A stretch of 64,000 bases of DNA from Blastocystis sp. Blastoise (taxonomy: Eukaryota; Protista; Bigyra: Opalinata): positions 372,001 through 436,000 of the forward strand of contig JBBPEB010000025.1 in assembly GCA_039096225.1 (NCBI GenBank), given 5' to 3'. The notes beneath the pieces are model-generated. The model ran no database searches. It had not been told where the DNA came from and worked only from the letters and a program-made list of their open reading frames with translations. The stretch's first letter is position 1. The number at the start of each line of letters is the position of its first letter. This document shows positions 1 through 19,735 of this stretch, in pieces. A program made the translations under genes and the position numbers.

Positions 1-3
1 TAG

Positions 4-848
4 ATATTATGAAATAATGAAGACTAGTGGTTGGTATGATTCTGGAAAACTGATTGATATTCGCGGGAATCATGATAATACTAATTTATATTCGGATAAT
101 CGGCAAATATATAGTAAATATTCTATTTGTGGAAAAGAGAAATTTGTATATATACGTAAATATATTTATGGAAATGAAACAATATGTTTTATTGGTTATG
201 ATGGTACTTATAATCCTTGTATATATTATTATTATTATATATAATAGTTTTAAATGATATATATTATTTATTATTATATTAGTATTGCTATATTATAGTG
301 ATTATATATATATATATAGCGCAATCTATAAGTGAAACCTTTTTTGGTGTTTCTTCCAAATATCGTAATAGTATATTTAAATCATTAAATTTCACGTATA
401 TATATAAAGAATGATACTATTTATTATTATTCTATATATATGTTCATTTATAATCTATATGCATTTAAATTGTTTTATATTACTCTTTAAAGAATGATAT
501 ATATATATATATATATATATAGTGATTGCTCCTTTCGTACCTTCTTTACTCACTACCCAACAAGTTATATTGATTTATCCTCCATTTCTAAGACATTATC
601 TGCCTACCGACCACAGATTTACGCCGCAGGACATCTTCATACTCTCTTTGGAGTAGAAGAAAGAGCTTATTCAGAATGGGACGGATTACAAACAGTTGTC
701 AGTGACTGGAAGAAAAATAGAATAATAGCCTTGCATTCTTATTATTATGGTTTATATACATATTTTGATTTTTCTTATCATATATATAAACAACAACCAA
801 TTATATTTGTACAAAACCCACCTGTATATATATATTTATATATATATT

Positions 849-909
<61 letters not shown>

Positions 910-923
910 TATATATATATATA

Positions 924-981
<58 letters not shown>

Positions 982-1485
982 TATAATTATATATATATTA
1001 TTTATATAGGGAGCTCAATACTGGTTTAAACAACAAGATTTCTCACGAATATATAGTACTCCTGAAATATATATAACTATATACTCTTTATATACAGTCT
1101 CTACTGTCAATATTACTTTGGATAATGTTTCTCTATATATAAATTCTACTTCTACTACTACTCTTAATAATATCAATAATAGTATTATTATCAGAATTCC
1201 ATGGAATCCATATAAGTATTATATATATATATATATATTTAATTGTATAATTCTATTATTATCATTATTTTAATTCTATTTTTTTAAATATTTTATTATC
1301 ATTATATATATATATATATATAAATATACACCAGGATATCATGATATTCATGTTTCTCTTCTTTCGAATTCTTCTTCTTCTTCACATATTACTTATAAAC
1401 ATATATTCTATCTTCCGTCTAGTATGAATACTCTCTCTGATACAGTAAACACATCTATTGCAAATAATCATGATTATCTTTCTCA

Positions 1486-1537
<52 letters not shown>

Positions 1538-1540
1538 CAC

Positions 1541-1608
<68 letters not shown>

Positions 1609-2395
1609 TAATAATAATCCTAATCTTTTACCTGGCTCATCTTTTTCTCAATTTCTTTTTAATATACCTATTCCTACTTATATTTATATATTATCCTATA
1701 CTATTGCTATATTCCTTGTTCTTTTCTTATTCATTCCACGTTGCATTCTTCGTTATTATTATCACGTGACTCCAATGACGGGTATAAACACATCTGCTGT
1801 TGCAAATAAACGCTTATTATTATGGAACACTATTCGAAACACTATTCATGCTTCTTCTATACAACAAAGATTATATTTATTAGTATCTGATTCTGTTATT
1901 TATTATTATTTACTTATTGATATATATTGGCAATTATTTGGCTTTTATCGTATTGGAAGATTAGATACAATTTGGTTTATGCAATTTTTATGGGGAAATA
2001 TACAGTTAGAAGAAGTGATTGATGACCAATTATTGCAAGGATGTGATATTCATGCATTTCATATTGCCTTAATGGGAATGGACAGCATATGTAAAATCAT
2101 ATATTACTTAATTTATGAAGCACCAGAAACTAAAGTAGATTCGAAATGTAGTTCTTTTTCATTAATCTTTTTTAAATATTTTACTTTCTTCTGTTGTAGT
2201 ATAGCTTCTCCTTTATTTAAATCAGTCCTTATTGGTATGAATATACATATAATCTCCTTCTTATTCTCTCCTGTATGGCTATGGTCCTCTATTTTTACAT
2301 TATTCTTTACGATAAGAGAAATAATGATTAATAAGAAAATGAATAATCATATTGAAACCTATGTTGATAAAGAAAATGAACTTATTCCTATTTAA
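4..2395 (+). CDS. TMEM62-like calcineurin-like metallophosphoesterase with C-terminal TM helices (5' end outside window, multi-exon)
   Basis: Spliced exons 4-218, 320-396, 523-823, 1010-1215 and 1324-2395 give DIRGNHD, THYP, AAGHLH, VSDWKKNR and IPWNPYKYTPGYHDIHV, the motif order I recall for TMEM62. A poly-Asn insert and hydrophobic C-terminal segments follow. Intron 1216-1323 ends in AA rather than AG (see findings). Confidence 0.75.
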
Positions 2396-2631
2396 ATATA
2401 TATATATAGACTTTTGATTTGAAGTTATTCATATTCATGTTTTTCTTCTATTTTTATAAACAATTATAAGTTAATATAAATAAATAGTTTATAGTTTTTA
2501 ATATTTTTTTTGTATTTATAAATTATAATTTATTATATATACAATATATATATTTATATTTAACTATTATATTCCTTTTGATGTGTTAAGAATGTGTAAC
2601 ACTTTTTGTTGATAAATTATTATTTAATTTT

Positions 2632-2639
2632 TGTTTGTT
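2632..2639 (+). promoter_or_regulatory. TGTTTGTT, candidate Blastocystis-type polyadenylation-associated motif
   Basis: Exact motif about 240 nt after the TMEM62-like stop. Chance occurrence is possible in T-rich 3' UTRs. Confidence 0.3.
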
Positions 2640-2851
2640 CTTCTATATCATTCATAAAAAATGGTATCATTTAAATAAAAACAATATTATTATTTATATA
2701 ATAACATTTAATCTTACTTTCTAGAAATGAATATCCTTTAAAAACTAAACAAAAGCCATTTATAATAAGAGCAAGATAGAAATAGACTTAGATATCCTAT
2801 TTAATAAAACTATAAAAAATAGAATTCAATAAATAATATGTTTATAATATT

Positions 2852-3985
2852 TTATTCCATTTTGAGTGTAACATGATTGACAGAAACACCTGCCTTTTCT
2901 GTGTTTTCGCCTTGTATATCTATATTCGTATTTTTATTTAATAAACATAATGATATTTTTCTACTACCTTTTGTCATAGGTATAGAGTAAGTATATATAA
3001 TATATTCTTCATTAGTAACAGTATATTGATATATTTCATTTCCTTCATAACGTAAAGAAACAATAGGATATTCTCCATTAATAGGAATACCTTTCATTTT
3101 TATATATATAATATATTGACCATTTTCTGGAATAGAGAAATAACCATATATATAAGAATTATAAGTATATAATCGTATATGAGAACGAGTTACGTACTCC
3201 GTACCTGATCCACCACGTGTCATATCACATGCAAAATACCAGCTATAATACTTTAATATAGATTGATCAAATAGTTTATTTTTATATTCTTGTAAATAAG
3301 AGGTATATATATCTCTTGGATAAATAGAATGATCAATAGCAAAAGAAGAAGCAATACCTACTATTTCTCCCATCATTCCTGTAGTTGCTTGTACACGTAC
3401 AGGGCCCAAACCAAGGTGTGTTACGCTAATATCTCTACCTGCTAAAAACACATTCTTTAGATTTCTACTATATAGAGCTCTATAAGGAATAGCGAATGGA
3501 GGATCATAATGTTGAAATGTTGAATAAGCAATAAATTCATCACCTTCCCAATCTTTACTATATTTAGGATCAGGATAATGTATATCAATAGACCCCCATG
3601 TTGTCATTACCATTCCATCTTCTAAGAATGTTCTATTTAAAATCATTTGGTCATCCACTATAATATCTCCAAAGAATCGACGACTCTCTCTCATCCCTGC
3701 ATGATAACGTATATATAAAGAAGTATTTTCATGCTGCTTTTTAACTGTTTTCATTTGATACCAAACACCATATAATGCACGTAATAACCAATCTCGAATA
3801 TATTCTCCTATATATATATATATATATAGTTAGTTTGAATGAAATATATAGTGCATAGAATAATATATATAAATATATATAATAATATTAAGTATAACAA
3901 TATACAATAATATATATATATATACCTTCTTGAATAGGATCATGAGTAAATCCACATTCCCATTCCCATGATTCTACAGGATTTA

Positions 3986-4020
<35 letters not shown>

Positions 4021-5470
4021 TATAATAATTTCATAATCACATAAATATAAGTATATAATTATAAAATACACAAATATAAATATAATCACAGAAATAAAAA
4101 TATAATAAATATAAATAATATAAATATAAATAAATATAAATAGAATACTTCAAAATATGTTTTATTTGTGAAATCTAAAGCCCAAGGGACTTCAGGAATA
4201 GGAACGATATGATCTTTTTCAATAAAATTAAACAAAGTACTTGATCCTAAATGATTTTTAAGAGTCATATCAAAATCACCTTTTGCTTTATAAGCTAAAT
4301 CACCATTTCCGGTAGAATCAATAAACATTTTTCCTAATAAACGTTTGATATATGGACCATTATATTGATCTTCTATAAGAACACTAGTAACAAGAGAAGA
4401 ATCAGTTTTATCTGTTTCAACATCATAAACACGATAACCTCCAAAAACGTGAACTCCTTCTTTCAATACACTTTCTAAAAATTTATTTTGATCTTTTAAA
4501 ATTATTTCAGAGACAATAGAGCCTACATAAGGATAAGGATCTATATTACCTCGACCACCAATATACACACCTAGTTCTTTCTCAGAGTTTCCACCTAATA
4601 CTTTACGATCATGTATTAATGCTACAGATTTACCACCACGAGCTGCCGCTATTGATGCAGCAACACCAGCAACACCTCCGCCAGCTACGATAACATCAAA
4701 TTCTTCAGTTTCAGGCTCAGTAGGGATTGAAAGTAAATTTTGTCTAAAGATTCTTTGTTCTGGATTCTTTTCTGGGAAAGACACGGATGAATTTGTAGTG
4801 AATAATAAAGCATCACAACGACCATAGAAACCAGTTAAATCATGTAAAGAAACTGTATTATTATATTCAGTAATATCAATAGAACCACCATTTTGCCAAA
4901 ACCAATTATCACCAATAGTACCGAAGTGAATTTGAAGTGGTTTTTGATTAATAAGAACCTTGAAAAATATAATATAGTGAAATGATCTGTTTAAAAACGA
5001 AATAATATGTATAAATATTTGACAATATAAATAAATCAATTATAATTAAATATTAATTAATGGTATACACTATTTATAAAAATAAATAAGCAATAAAATA
5101 AAATAAAATAGAAAAAAGTGAGAAAAAAAATACTTCAAATTCACCAGGAGCATATGTAACATTCCATCGAGCAACCCAGTTATAGGTTCTTACATAGACA
5201 TTATAAATTCCAAGTGAAGGGAATTGAACTGTTGTTGTAGCATCTTCAACAGGAACACCGTCATTACCTGCTGCTATTAAGTATGGTGACATCATGATAG
5301 CTGCATATTGTCCATCATGTTTCCATCCACCATAATTTTGAAACGATTCAGCTTCAAGAAAAACATCATTTCCATCTAATAATAGAATAACATAGACTTT
5401 ATAGTCTACAATAATATATACAGATTCCGTTGATAAAGAGAATCAAAAGAAAAACTAAGGTACTATTCAT
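2852..5470 (-). CDS. Secreted bacterial-type FAD-dependent oxidoreductase (FAD_oxidored family) with N- and C-terminal beta-sandwich/CBM-like domains, ~705 aa
   Basis: Exons 5470-5422, 5375-5134, 4958-4149, 3986-3926 and 3807-2852 splice in frame with GT-AG introns. Signal peptide MNSTLVFLLILFINGIYG. Motifs: VFLEAESFQNYGGW, Rossmann DVIVAGGGVAGVAASIAAARGG, VLGGNS, FIDSTGNGDLA, RESRRFFGD, IPYRALYSRNLKNVFLAGRDISVTH, RVQATTGMMGE. Confidence 0.88.
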
Positions 5471-5570
5471 TTGTATTAACTATAATAAATAAAAAAATAG
5501 AATTACTTACAGTTAAGAAATAAATAGAATTCCGTCGTGAAGCATTTTAAGTGTCTGAAAATGAGCGAAA

Positions 5571-5580
5571 TGATTGGTTG
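5571..5580 (-). promoter_or_regulatory. CCAAT-box-like element (TGATTGGTT on +)
   Basis: Lies 100 nt upstream of the oxidoreductase ATG. The same TGATTGG core recurs upstream of the starts at 31682, 54045 and 63312. Confidence 0.4.
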
Positions 5581-8118
5581 ATATCTAGAATTGAATGGAG
5601 GAAATCCGTAGGAGTTATTCGAAATGCCTAATAAATGTTATTAAATAATAGGGAAAAAACAAGCGACAAAAACAACGTTTTGAGGATTTGAATTAGGAGC
5701 TTTCTTTTTTATTGAATAATGCATGTAATGATTGTGTTATAGTGATAAATGAGAATTTTTGAGATGAAGAATATAAATATGAATGAGAAGAGCTTTACTG
5801 GTTATCAATTGATGTGAAATGATTTTTGATAATCACTTTTATGATCTATTATATATATAAAGGAAGCAAAATAATTTTTTAATTAGCGTTTTAGTATTTA
5901 TGGAGAGCGATTTTTGTGCTTTTGTAAAGGAATGTTTATGAGTATCGCTTTTTTTTTATTGAATAAGAAGGTTATTCGCATGTAGTGTGTTACTAAAGAC
6001 TGTGGAGATAATAATTGTTGCTATCTTTAAATATTTTTATGCATTATTACAAGAATAATAAATAATTAATTATTGATTCATTTTTAACTTGTGTACTAAT
6101 AACAGGTTATAATTTTTTCTTATTATATAAACAATTTCATTTATAAATAAAGCAATAGATATGATAGAAAAACAAAACTAGATGAATGTAACATATTAAT
6201 CTCTAAAAAGAAGTCCTATATATATATCTATTATGATAATTATTATATTGAAAAATACTTAACAAAAACAAGAAATATATATATACATATATATGAATAG
6301 AAAAAGTAGTGTAATTAAAAAAAGTATGTAAATACGAATATATTATTATATATGTAAATTTCAATAGAAGAAAGAAAAACTACACCAATGTAAATATATT
6401 TATAACTTATATAAATATATATTAATTTTGAAAATAAATAAAATAGATATATATGTATATAATGACATAACTATATTAATATAAATATATACCTAAAATA
6501 AAAAAATCATATTAATATAACAATACTTTAATTTATAAATATAATAAAATTAAAGATTTTAGAATGATGATATATATATAAGTTGAGACTATATTAATAT
6601 GTAAAATATATATAGAATTATTGATCTTACTATGAAAATAGAAGAAGAAATAATTTAAATAATGTTATAAATATAAATATATACACGAATTGTGGGTATA
6701 TACAAAGATATACGGAATATATATATATCTTATATACATATATGTAAAATAAAAAATAAAACCTAAGAAATATATAGTTAAAAACAAATGTATAATATAT
6801 TTAAATATATATATATATATAAATTATATATATATATATATTAAAATGGATAAATATAAGTAGAAAAATAGAATATTAAATGCTACAAATAAAAAACTAT
6901 TATTTTTTTATTATTATTATTATATATATATATGTATATATATATAGAAGGGTACATATAAGATTAATGACAAAAAACATGAACAAAGATATCAGAAAAA
7001 GTATATATATATATATATATATATGAATTAATATTGAAAAAATGATACATGAGAAAGATAGAAAAAAAATAATATTTTTTTTTTATTTATTTAAAATTTA
7101 AAAAAATAATGTAAGAAAATTACAAAAAAAAAAAAATAATATATATATATATATTTGAGATTTATAAAGAAATAGAAGAATATAGTTTACTACATTATAA
7201 AATCAAAAAAATATATCAAATAAGAATATAAAGTTGATAATACTATTGTATATGAAATAACAAAGGATATATATATATATATATACATATATATATAAAT
7301 ATTTAAAAAAAATAGTTATTGTATAAACAAAAGAATATATATATATAATAATATATATATTTTTATAATATAAGAATAAAAAAATGGAAAGTTTGTGAAA
7401 TATATAAATGAAAAATAAAATAAAATAAAAATCTACAGATGAGTATATATATATTTATATACATATATATATAATCATCGAAAAATAAAATAAATCAAAA
7501 AAAAAAAAAAAGAAAAAGATAAAAATAAAAAAAAAAAATAATAATTATATTAATATATAAATATAAAAGAGAAATAAAAAATAAAATGATTTCATTAAAA
7601 AAAAATAATAAATAATATATATATAGATATATATATAATAATTTTCTATATATATATATAAACATATAAATAAACGTATTTAAAGAGAGCTTTTGATTCA
7701 TAAAAGCTTTTAATTATTAAAAATAAAAAGAGTGAAATATATACTTTAAAATAATATAGATATATATATATATAAACATATTATATATAAAGAACAAATG
7801 ACAAAAGAAAAAGTGTAAGACAAATATAAAAGAAATTGACATGAAATCTACATAAATAGAGATGAGGAACAGGAGAAGAAAAATAAAAAGTATAAAAAAT
7901 ATTAATATATATATATATATATTATTTTTATTAATATATATAGAAAAAAAACATTCAAATATGTGTTACTATATACATATAGATAGTCACATATAATAGG
8001 GTACAATTAATATTATAAATATAAAATGATTTATATATATAAATGTATAATAAAAAGATAAAGATAATAAAGTCAAAAAAAAATAGTTGTTCAATTAATA
8101 AATATATATATATATTAA

Positions 8119-8396
8119 TTATTCTTCATCATCATTATCATCTTCATCAGAATAAGTAATTTTACGACGCTTTACATGTTTACCGCGGGAATTCGATAAA
8201 CGTTTCTATAGATATTATTATTATTATTATTATAGGGAAAAAAGAAATAATAATATAAAAATACTTGTAAGTTTTTATCTTTATTAGTTAAGACAAATAA
8301 AGCATTTCTTAATTCTGCTAATTTTCTTAATTTATTAGCACGATCAATAAATACTCTTTCAGATATTTTTATATCCTATATATATAGTATATATTT

Positions 8397-8431
<35 letters not shown>

Positions 8432-9221
8432 TAATAAACATAATAAACATAATAAACATAATAATAATAATAATAAATATATATACATTAGACGTATCTT
8501 GGAGACTGAGTTTGGGGATAATAATACCATCAATTTCTTGTTTGCTCAGAGCATATTTCTCTTTATTCTTATTATGTAATAATCGAAATTCATCCGCACT
8601 TAGTGTATCTATAATAATAATAAATATAGTAATAATAAATATAATAAATATAATAAATATAATAATCAAAAAAAAAATACTTCCATCATTAATAATCATT
8701 CCATTCTTTCGAGTAACTCCTTTACGTTTAGAATTATCTTTACCAACAATAAAAGGATCCAAATTGATTTTTAAATATTCTAAACAAGAAAAAAAAAAAA
8801 TTACAAATAAATATATTCAATATAAATAACAAATTATACGATATAAATCAATTAAATGCTATCTATATACCTCTTAAAGATTGTTGTCCCATCATTCTTT
8901 GTACTTGTCCTACAATTTGAGTTACATTTTTACCAGGTAATATTTTTTCATCAGTCATTATTTTCCAACTTCCTACACCATATTTCATAATAGCTAAACG
9001 GAGGACATGTAATTCTTTTTCATTCCAACCTAAATATTAGAATGAAATACATTATGGATTTTGTTATAATAAAATGAAATCTATTTACCTGGAGATAAAG
9101 TAGCATTCCAAACAGACTCACTATCTGAACTTAACAATTTACTAATTCTTGCTATACATAAATTAAAAATTAATACCATAATGAGAAACAATATAAATTA
9201 AAAACATATACCAGAAGACAT
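8119..9221 (-). CDS. AMTP1: Homologue of p1/AMTP1, the Myb/homeobox-like subunit of the MTA1c/AMT1 DNA N6-adenine methyltransferase complex, 216 aa
   Basis: Seven exons (9221-9212, 9151-9089, 9029-8871, 8779-8681, 8608-8487, 8375-8265, 8205-8119), all GT-AG. Translation includes VWNATLSPGWNEKELHVLRLAIMKYGVGSWKIMTDEKILPGKNVTQIVGQVQRMMGQQSLREYLKINLD...RKNGMIINDG...KYALSKQEIDGIIIPKL. This matches my recollection of the ciliate p1 pattern (WNxTLSPGW, FGIGKW, LPGK, QRLLGQQSL, RKNxxIINxG). The C-terminus has a basic KRRK motif and an acidic tail. Confidence 0.8.
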
Positions 9222-9603
9222 CCCAATAAATCTAAAGTAATAATCTTAAAAATAAATGTCAATCTATTAGCTCTATTAATAGATATTCTATAATGCAATA
9301 GAATGACGAATTGAAAAGTTGTACAACATAAAATGGGAGCAAAAAATACAATAATCCTATATATATCTCATATATTCGTGGGGATTTATGAGAAAGACGC
9401 TCTTTTATACTGAAAATCATGTTTTATCGGGTCATCTAGCTTGTTTTTCGTCACATATTTTTTTAAATATTTCTGATTATTTTATTTATTTTGCGTGTTA
9501 TTTACATATTTCAAAATCTTAGATTTTTCCAAAAAATCAATTCTTTCTTTCAGCTATAATCAGGATATCTTTAAAAGAATTCAGACATTTCATGGTTTCT
9601 TAA

Positions 9604-9971
9604 GAAATTTCTAAAGAACAATTTCTAGAAAAAGAAAAGGAACGTATAAATGTGATGCTCTTTATTAATTTAAGTGTTTATTTCAGGTAGTCAATGTCTT
9701 TTCTATAATGTGTTTAAGTATATGAACTAAAGCGAAGACAGATGTGCTTTTTTTATCTTTAGAATAAAAAACTTTTGTTTTTGAAAAACAAAGAAGTCTT
9801 TTATATTAAGGATATCCACTAACAATATGAAATAATGATATGATGCTCTGTTTGAAGAAATAATAATTTCTGATCTGAAAGAAAATGATGAACTCATTTT
9901 TGATAATAATGTCTTATTTTTATTAAAAATCGTTCAACAGCACCTACTATTGTTTAAAAACTTATGTACAT
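9604..9971 (+). pseudogene. Possible degraded coding relic
   Basis: Coding-like fragments (EISKEQFLEKEKERIN; DALFEEIIISDLKENDELIFDNNVLFLLKIVQQHL) with intron-like GT/AG signals, interrupted by stops and frame changes. No intact model found. Confidence 0.25.
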
Positions 9972-10510
9972 GTAAGTTGACACATATATTGTCAAGTCAA
10001 TTTTGAAATATTTTTAATAATGTGTTCTCCAAGTTCATAGAATCTAGTATTTCAATGAATGATACAAATATCAAATAAATCGTAAGAGTAATCTTCTATG
10101 ATAGTCCTACTAATTTATATAAGTGTTAATATGAACTATTTAAAACATGAATAGAATAATATATATGAAGTATATATATGTAATTCTTCTATAAAATATT
10201 GATCATTAAAAAGTACAAACAAACAAATAGTAAATAAAAATAATAAGAGAATTTCAGAATATGTGAAAAAAAGAATGTACAAAAGAAAATAAAAATAAAA
10301 AAGTATTTCAAGAAATAATAGAAATAGAAAAAAAGTAATAAAAAAAAATTTACCAAATAAATAATTGGCTTAAAATGTATATATATATATACATACATAT
10401 ATATATATGTTAAAAAAAATATATATAAATTAAATACATATACAGTATAAGAATAATTGGATTTATTATCCATTATTATTATTATATATTATATCAGCAA
10501 AAGAAATATT

Positions 10511-10512
<2 letters not shown>

Positions 10513-10571
<59 letters not shown>
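10513..10571. repeat. (TA)n microsatellite
   Basis: About 29 uninterrupted TA units in intergenic/3' UTR DNA. Confidence 0.9.
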
Positions 10572-10574
<3 letters not shown>

Positions 10575-11389
10575 CATAATGAAAGAAAGATCATTGATAA
10601 ACTGAATAGAATAGATATATACTGAGTAATCATAATTATTCAGAAATGATAAAAACTATTTATTCATATATATTATATATAAGTTTATAAGAGAAAGAAT
10701 AGTATATTTAAAATAAATAAATAAAAAAATATGTATGAATAAATATTAAATTATATACATATTACATATTTAAAAAGTAATATATATATATATATATACA
10801 TAGATATACATTTATTTTAGAAAATTATCAAGAATCAAAGAAAATGAGAAGAAAAATAAAATTAAAAAAAAAAAATAATAATAATTTGATAAAATAACGA
10901 AAATGAGAAGAAATATAAATAATTTCATATATATATATAATATGATGATGATTTAATATATATATATATATTATATAATTAGGAAAAACAACAAAAAGTG
11001 TTTGAATGAAAGAAAAGAAGAAAATAAAAAAGAGTGTATATATTATTAGTGTATTTTTAAAACTATATTTATACATATATATACATAAAATAGTGAACAA
11101 TATAAAAAAAGGTATTCCATAAGTAAATAAAAGAATGTATATATAATTATAGACAACCTATGAATACATTAATATACTTATATAAAATTAAAATATTTAA
11201 AAAAAAGTTTAAAAAAATAATACCTAAAATATAGAAGAATACACTAATTATAACAAATTTATAAACTTTTAAATATTAAATAAAAATAATAAATGTAATA
11301 AAAGTAATAAAATAAAAAAATAGAAAAAGACACAAATATAGAATATAAATAAGATACTAAATAAAGCCTATATATAATAATTATACAAA

Positions 11390-18033
<6,644 letters not shown>

Positions 18034-19585
18034 TCGAGATGAATTGTATAAATAAAGTAAACCAAGAACTGACTATAATAAAATCAATCACAAATAACGC
18101 AAATGAATGAACTACAGAAGTAAAATAGTATAGAAGCAAACAACATACAACAAAGTCTAATCGAACCAACTAAATCTTAATTTTACTAAACAGCACAAAA
18201 TACACTCAAGGAATTAGGACACAAAGAAAGAAATGGATAATTCTATTTAAAGAATAAGTCTACATGGTTTTTTTTATTAAAAAATTGAATTAGAAATAAA
18301 CATGATAATATTGATTTTTCTCGGTGTTTTTCATTATTTTCACTGAGATCTCGTTGGTATCAGGAAACCTGATTACTCACGTTGGTTGGATAATAATTTG
18401 TGTTTTCTTCACTTTTTACTTATATGGAAATAGCCTTCTTTTTCCTCTATTCTAATTTTATTCTTCTTTATTATGCGTATACTTTTATTAAGATTTATTT
18501 TTGAATATATCTCTTGAGGATTATAATTTGTAGAGTGGTTTTTAAGTAAGAAAGAAAGAATAAGATATCATTGAAAGTATTTTATTGTAGGGATTAGTTT
18601 AAATTTTTTGTTTTTGTTTTGAAACTTAGTCTATTCATAGAATCATAATAATTTTAGTATTCTATTATATTGAAATCTGTGCTATATATGTTGTCTTTTT
18701 CATTTTTTTCTCATATTATTTCTTGAAGCATAGTGTACATAAAATCTATCGTTGCAAAATAGGCCCAGTAAACGTGTAAAGTGATATATTTGTGAAATAT
18801 TATGATACACTTATATTATAAGAAACAACTTTTAAATTTTTAAAGAAATCAACAACAAAGTCATATTTTTAATATTTAAAATGATAGCTTGAAATCAGAT
18901 ATCTTAATCACATATATAAATGTACAATTCTATAGTAGATGATAATTGATTATTCAAAAAAAAGCTGGGCTTATTTTTCGTATATTATGTCCTATCAATT
19001 ATGGATGTTTATGAAAATTATTATAAGCATTCAGTTACATATTCTATAAACAGTATTTGATGATTATGTTTTAAAGTATGAATAAAGTAGTATGAGGTAT
19101 TTCTATATTATAGTTCTTGTTGAGAAATATTTTAAAAACTAGCTGATTATCTATATAATACAGGTGAGGAATTATATCAAAAGAAATGAACGTTAAATTG
19201 TGTTTTTCATTATTTTTTTGTATAAATACGATATCTAAAGCACTCACAAAGTATTTCAAGTGTTTTGACGTTTACTATAATCAGCAATGAACTCTTCTTT
19301 GAATACAAAAAGAAGAATTGCAAAGAATAGTCATTTTTTTCCATGAATTTTCTGTTTTCGGATGTCAATCTATTTCTGAGTCACAAAAGAATGGAAACTA
19401 TTTTCATATTCTAATAAGTGTTCAAAATTCTAATAATTTGCTGCAAAACTTCTAAAAATGATAAGGTCTAATTAATTTCTTAGTATATGAGGAATACAAA
19501 AATAAATTATTTCTATATTTAGTCCTCAATTAATGGACAAAAAAAACATTAAAAAAATTTTTTGTTAAAAAGTAAAATAGAGGTA

Positions 19586-19609
19586 TAATTTCAGTTCGAA
19601 CTGAAATTA
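19586..19609. promoter_or_regulatory. Perfect 24-bp palindrome TAATTTCAGTTCGAACTGAAATTA
   Basis: Identical to its own reverse complement. It lies about 127 nt upstream of the MRM1-like ATG. Confidence 0.6.
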
Positions 19610-19735
19610 AATTTGAGCAATTTTTTCTATCATTTTTTAATGGTGATCAAATAATTCTTATTATAAGACTTTATTAGAACTCCCTTTTGTTTCCAAAGGA
19701 TTATAATAACATTATTCTATACGGTGTTTATTGAA

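Noticed and set aside
18860-19500. 62-aa minus-strand ORF 19071-19259 and surrounding higher-complexity DNA
   Set aside because: It has no ATG start and no recognisable motif, and stops occur in the flanking frames. At most it is an unidentifiable relic.
19591-19605. tRNA gene suggested by GTTCGA
   Set aside because: No cloverleaf or A-box is visible. The motif is the centre of a palindrome.
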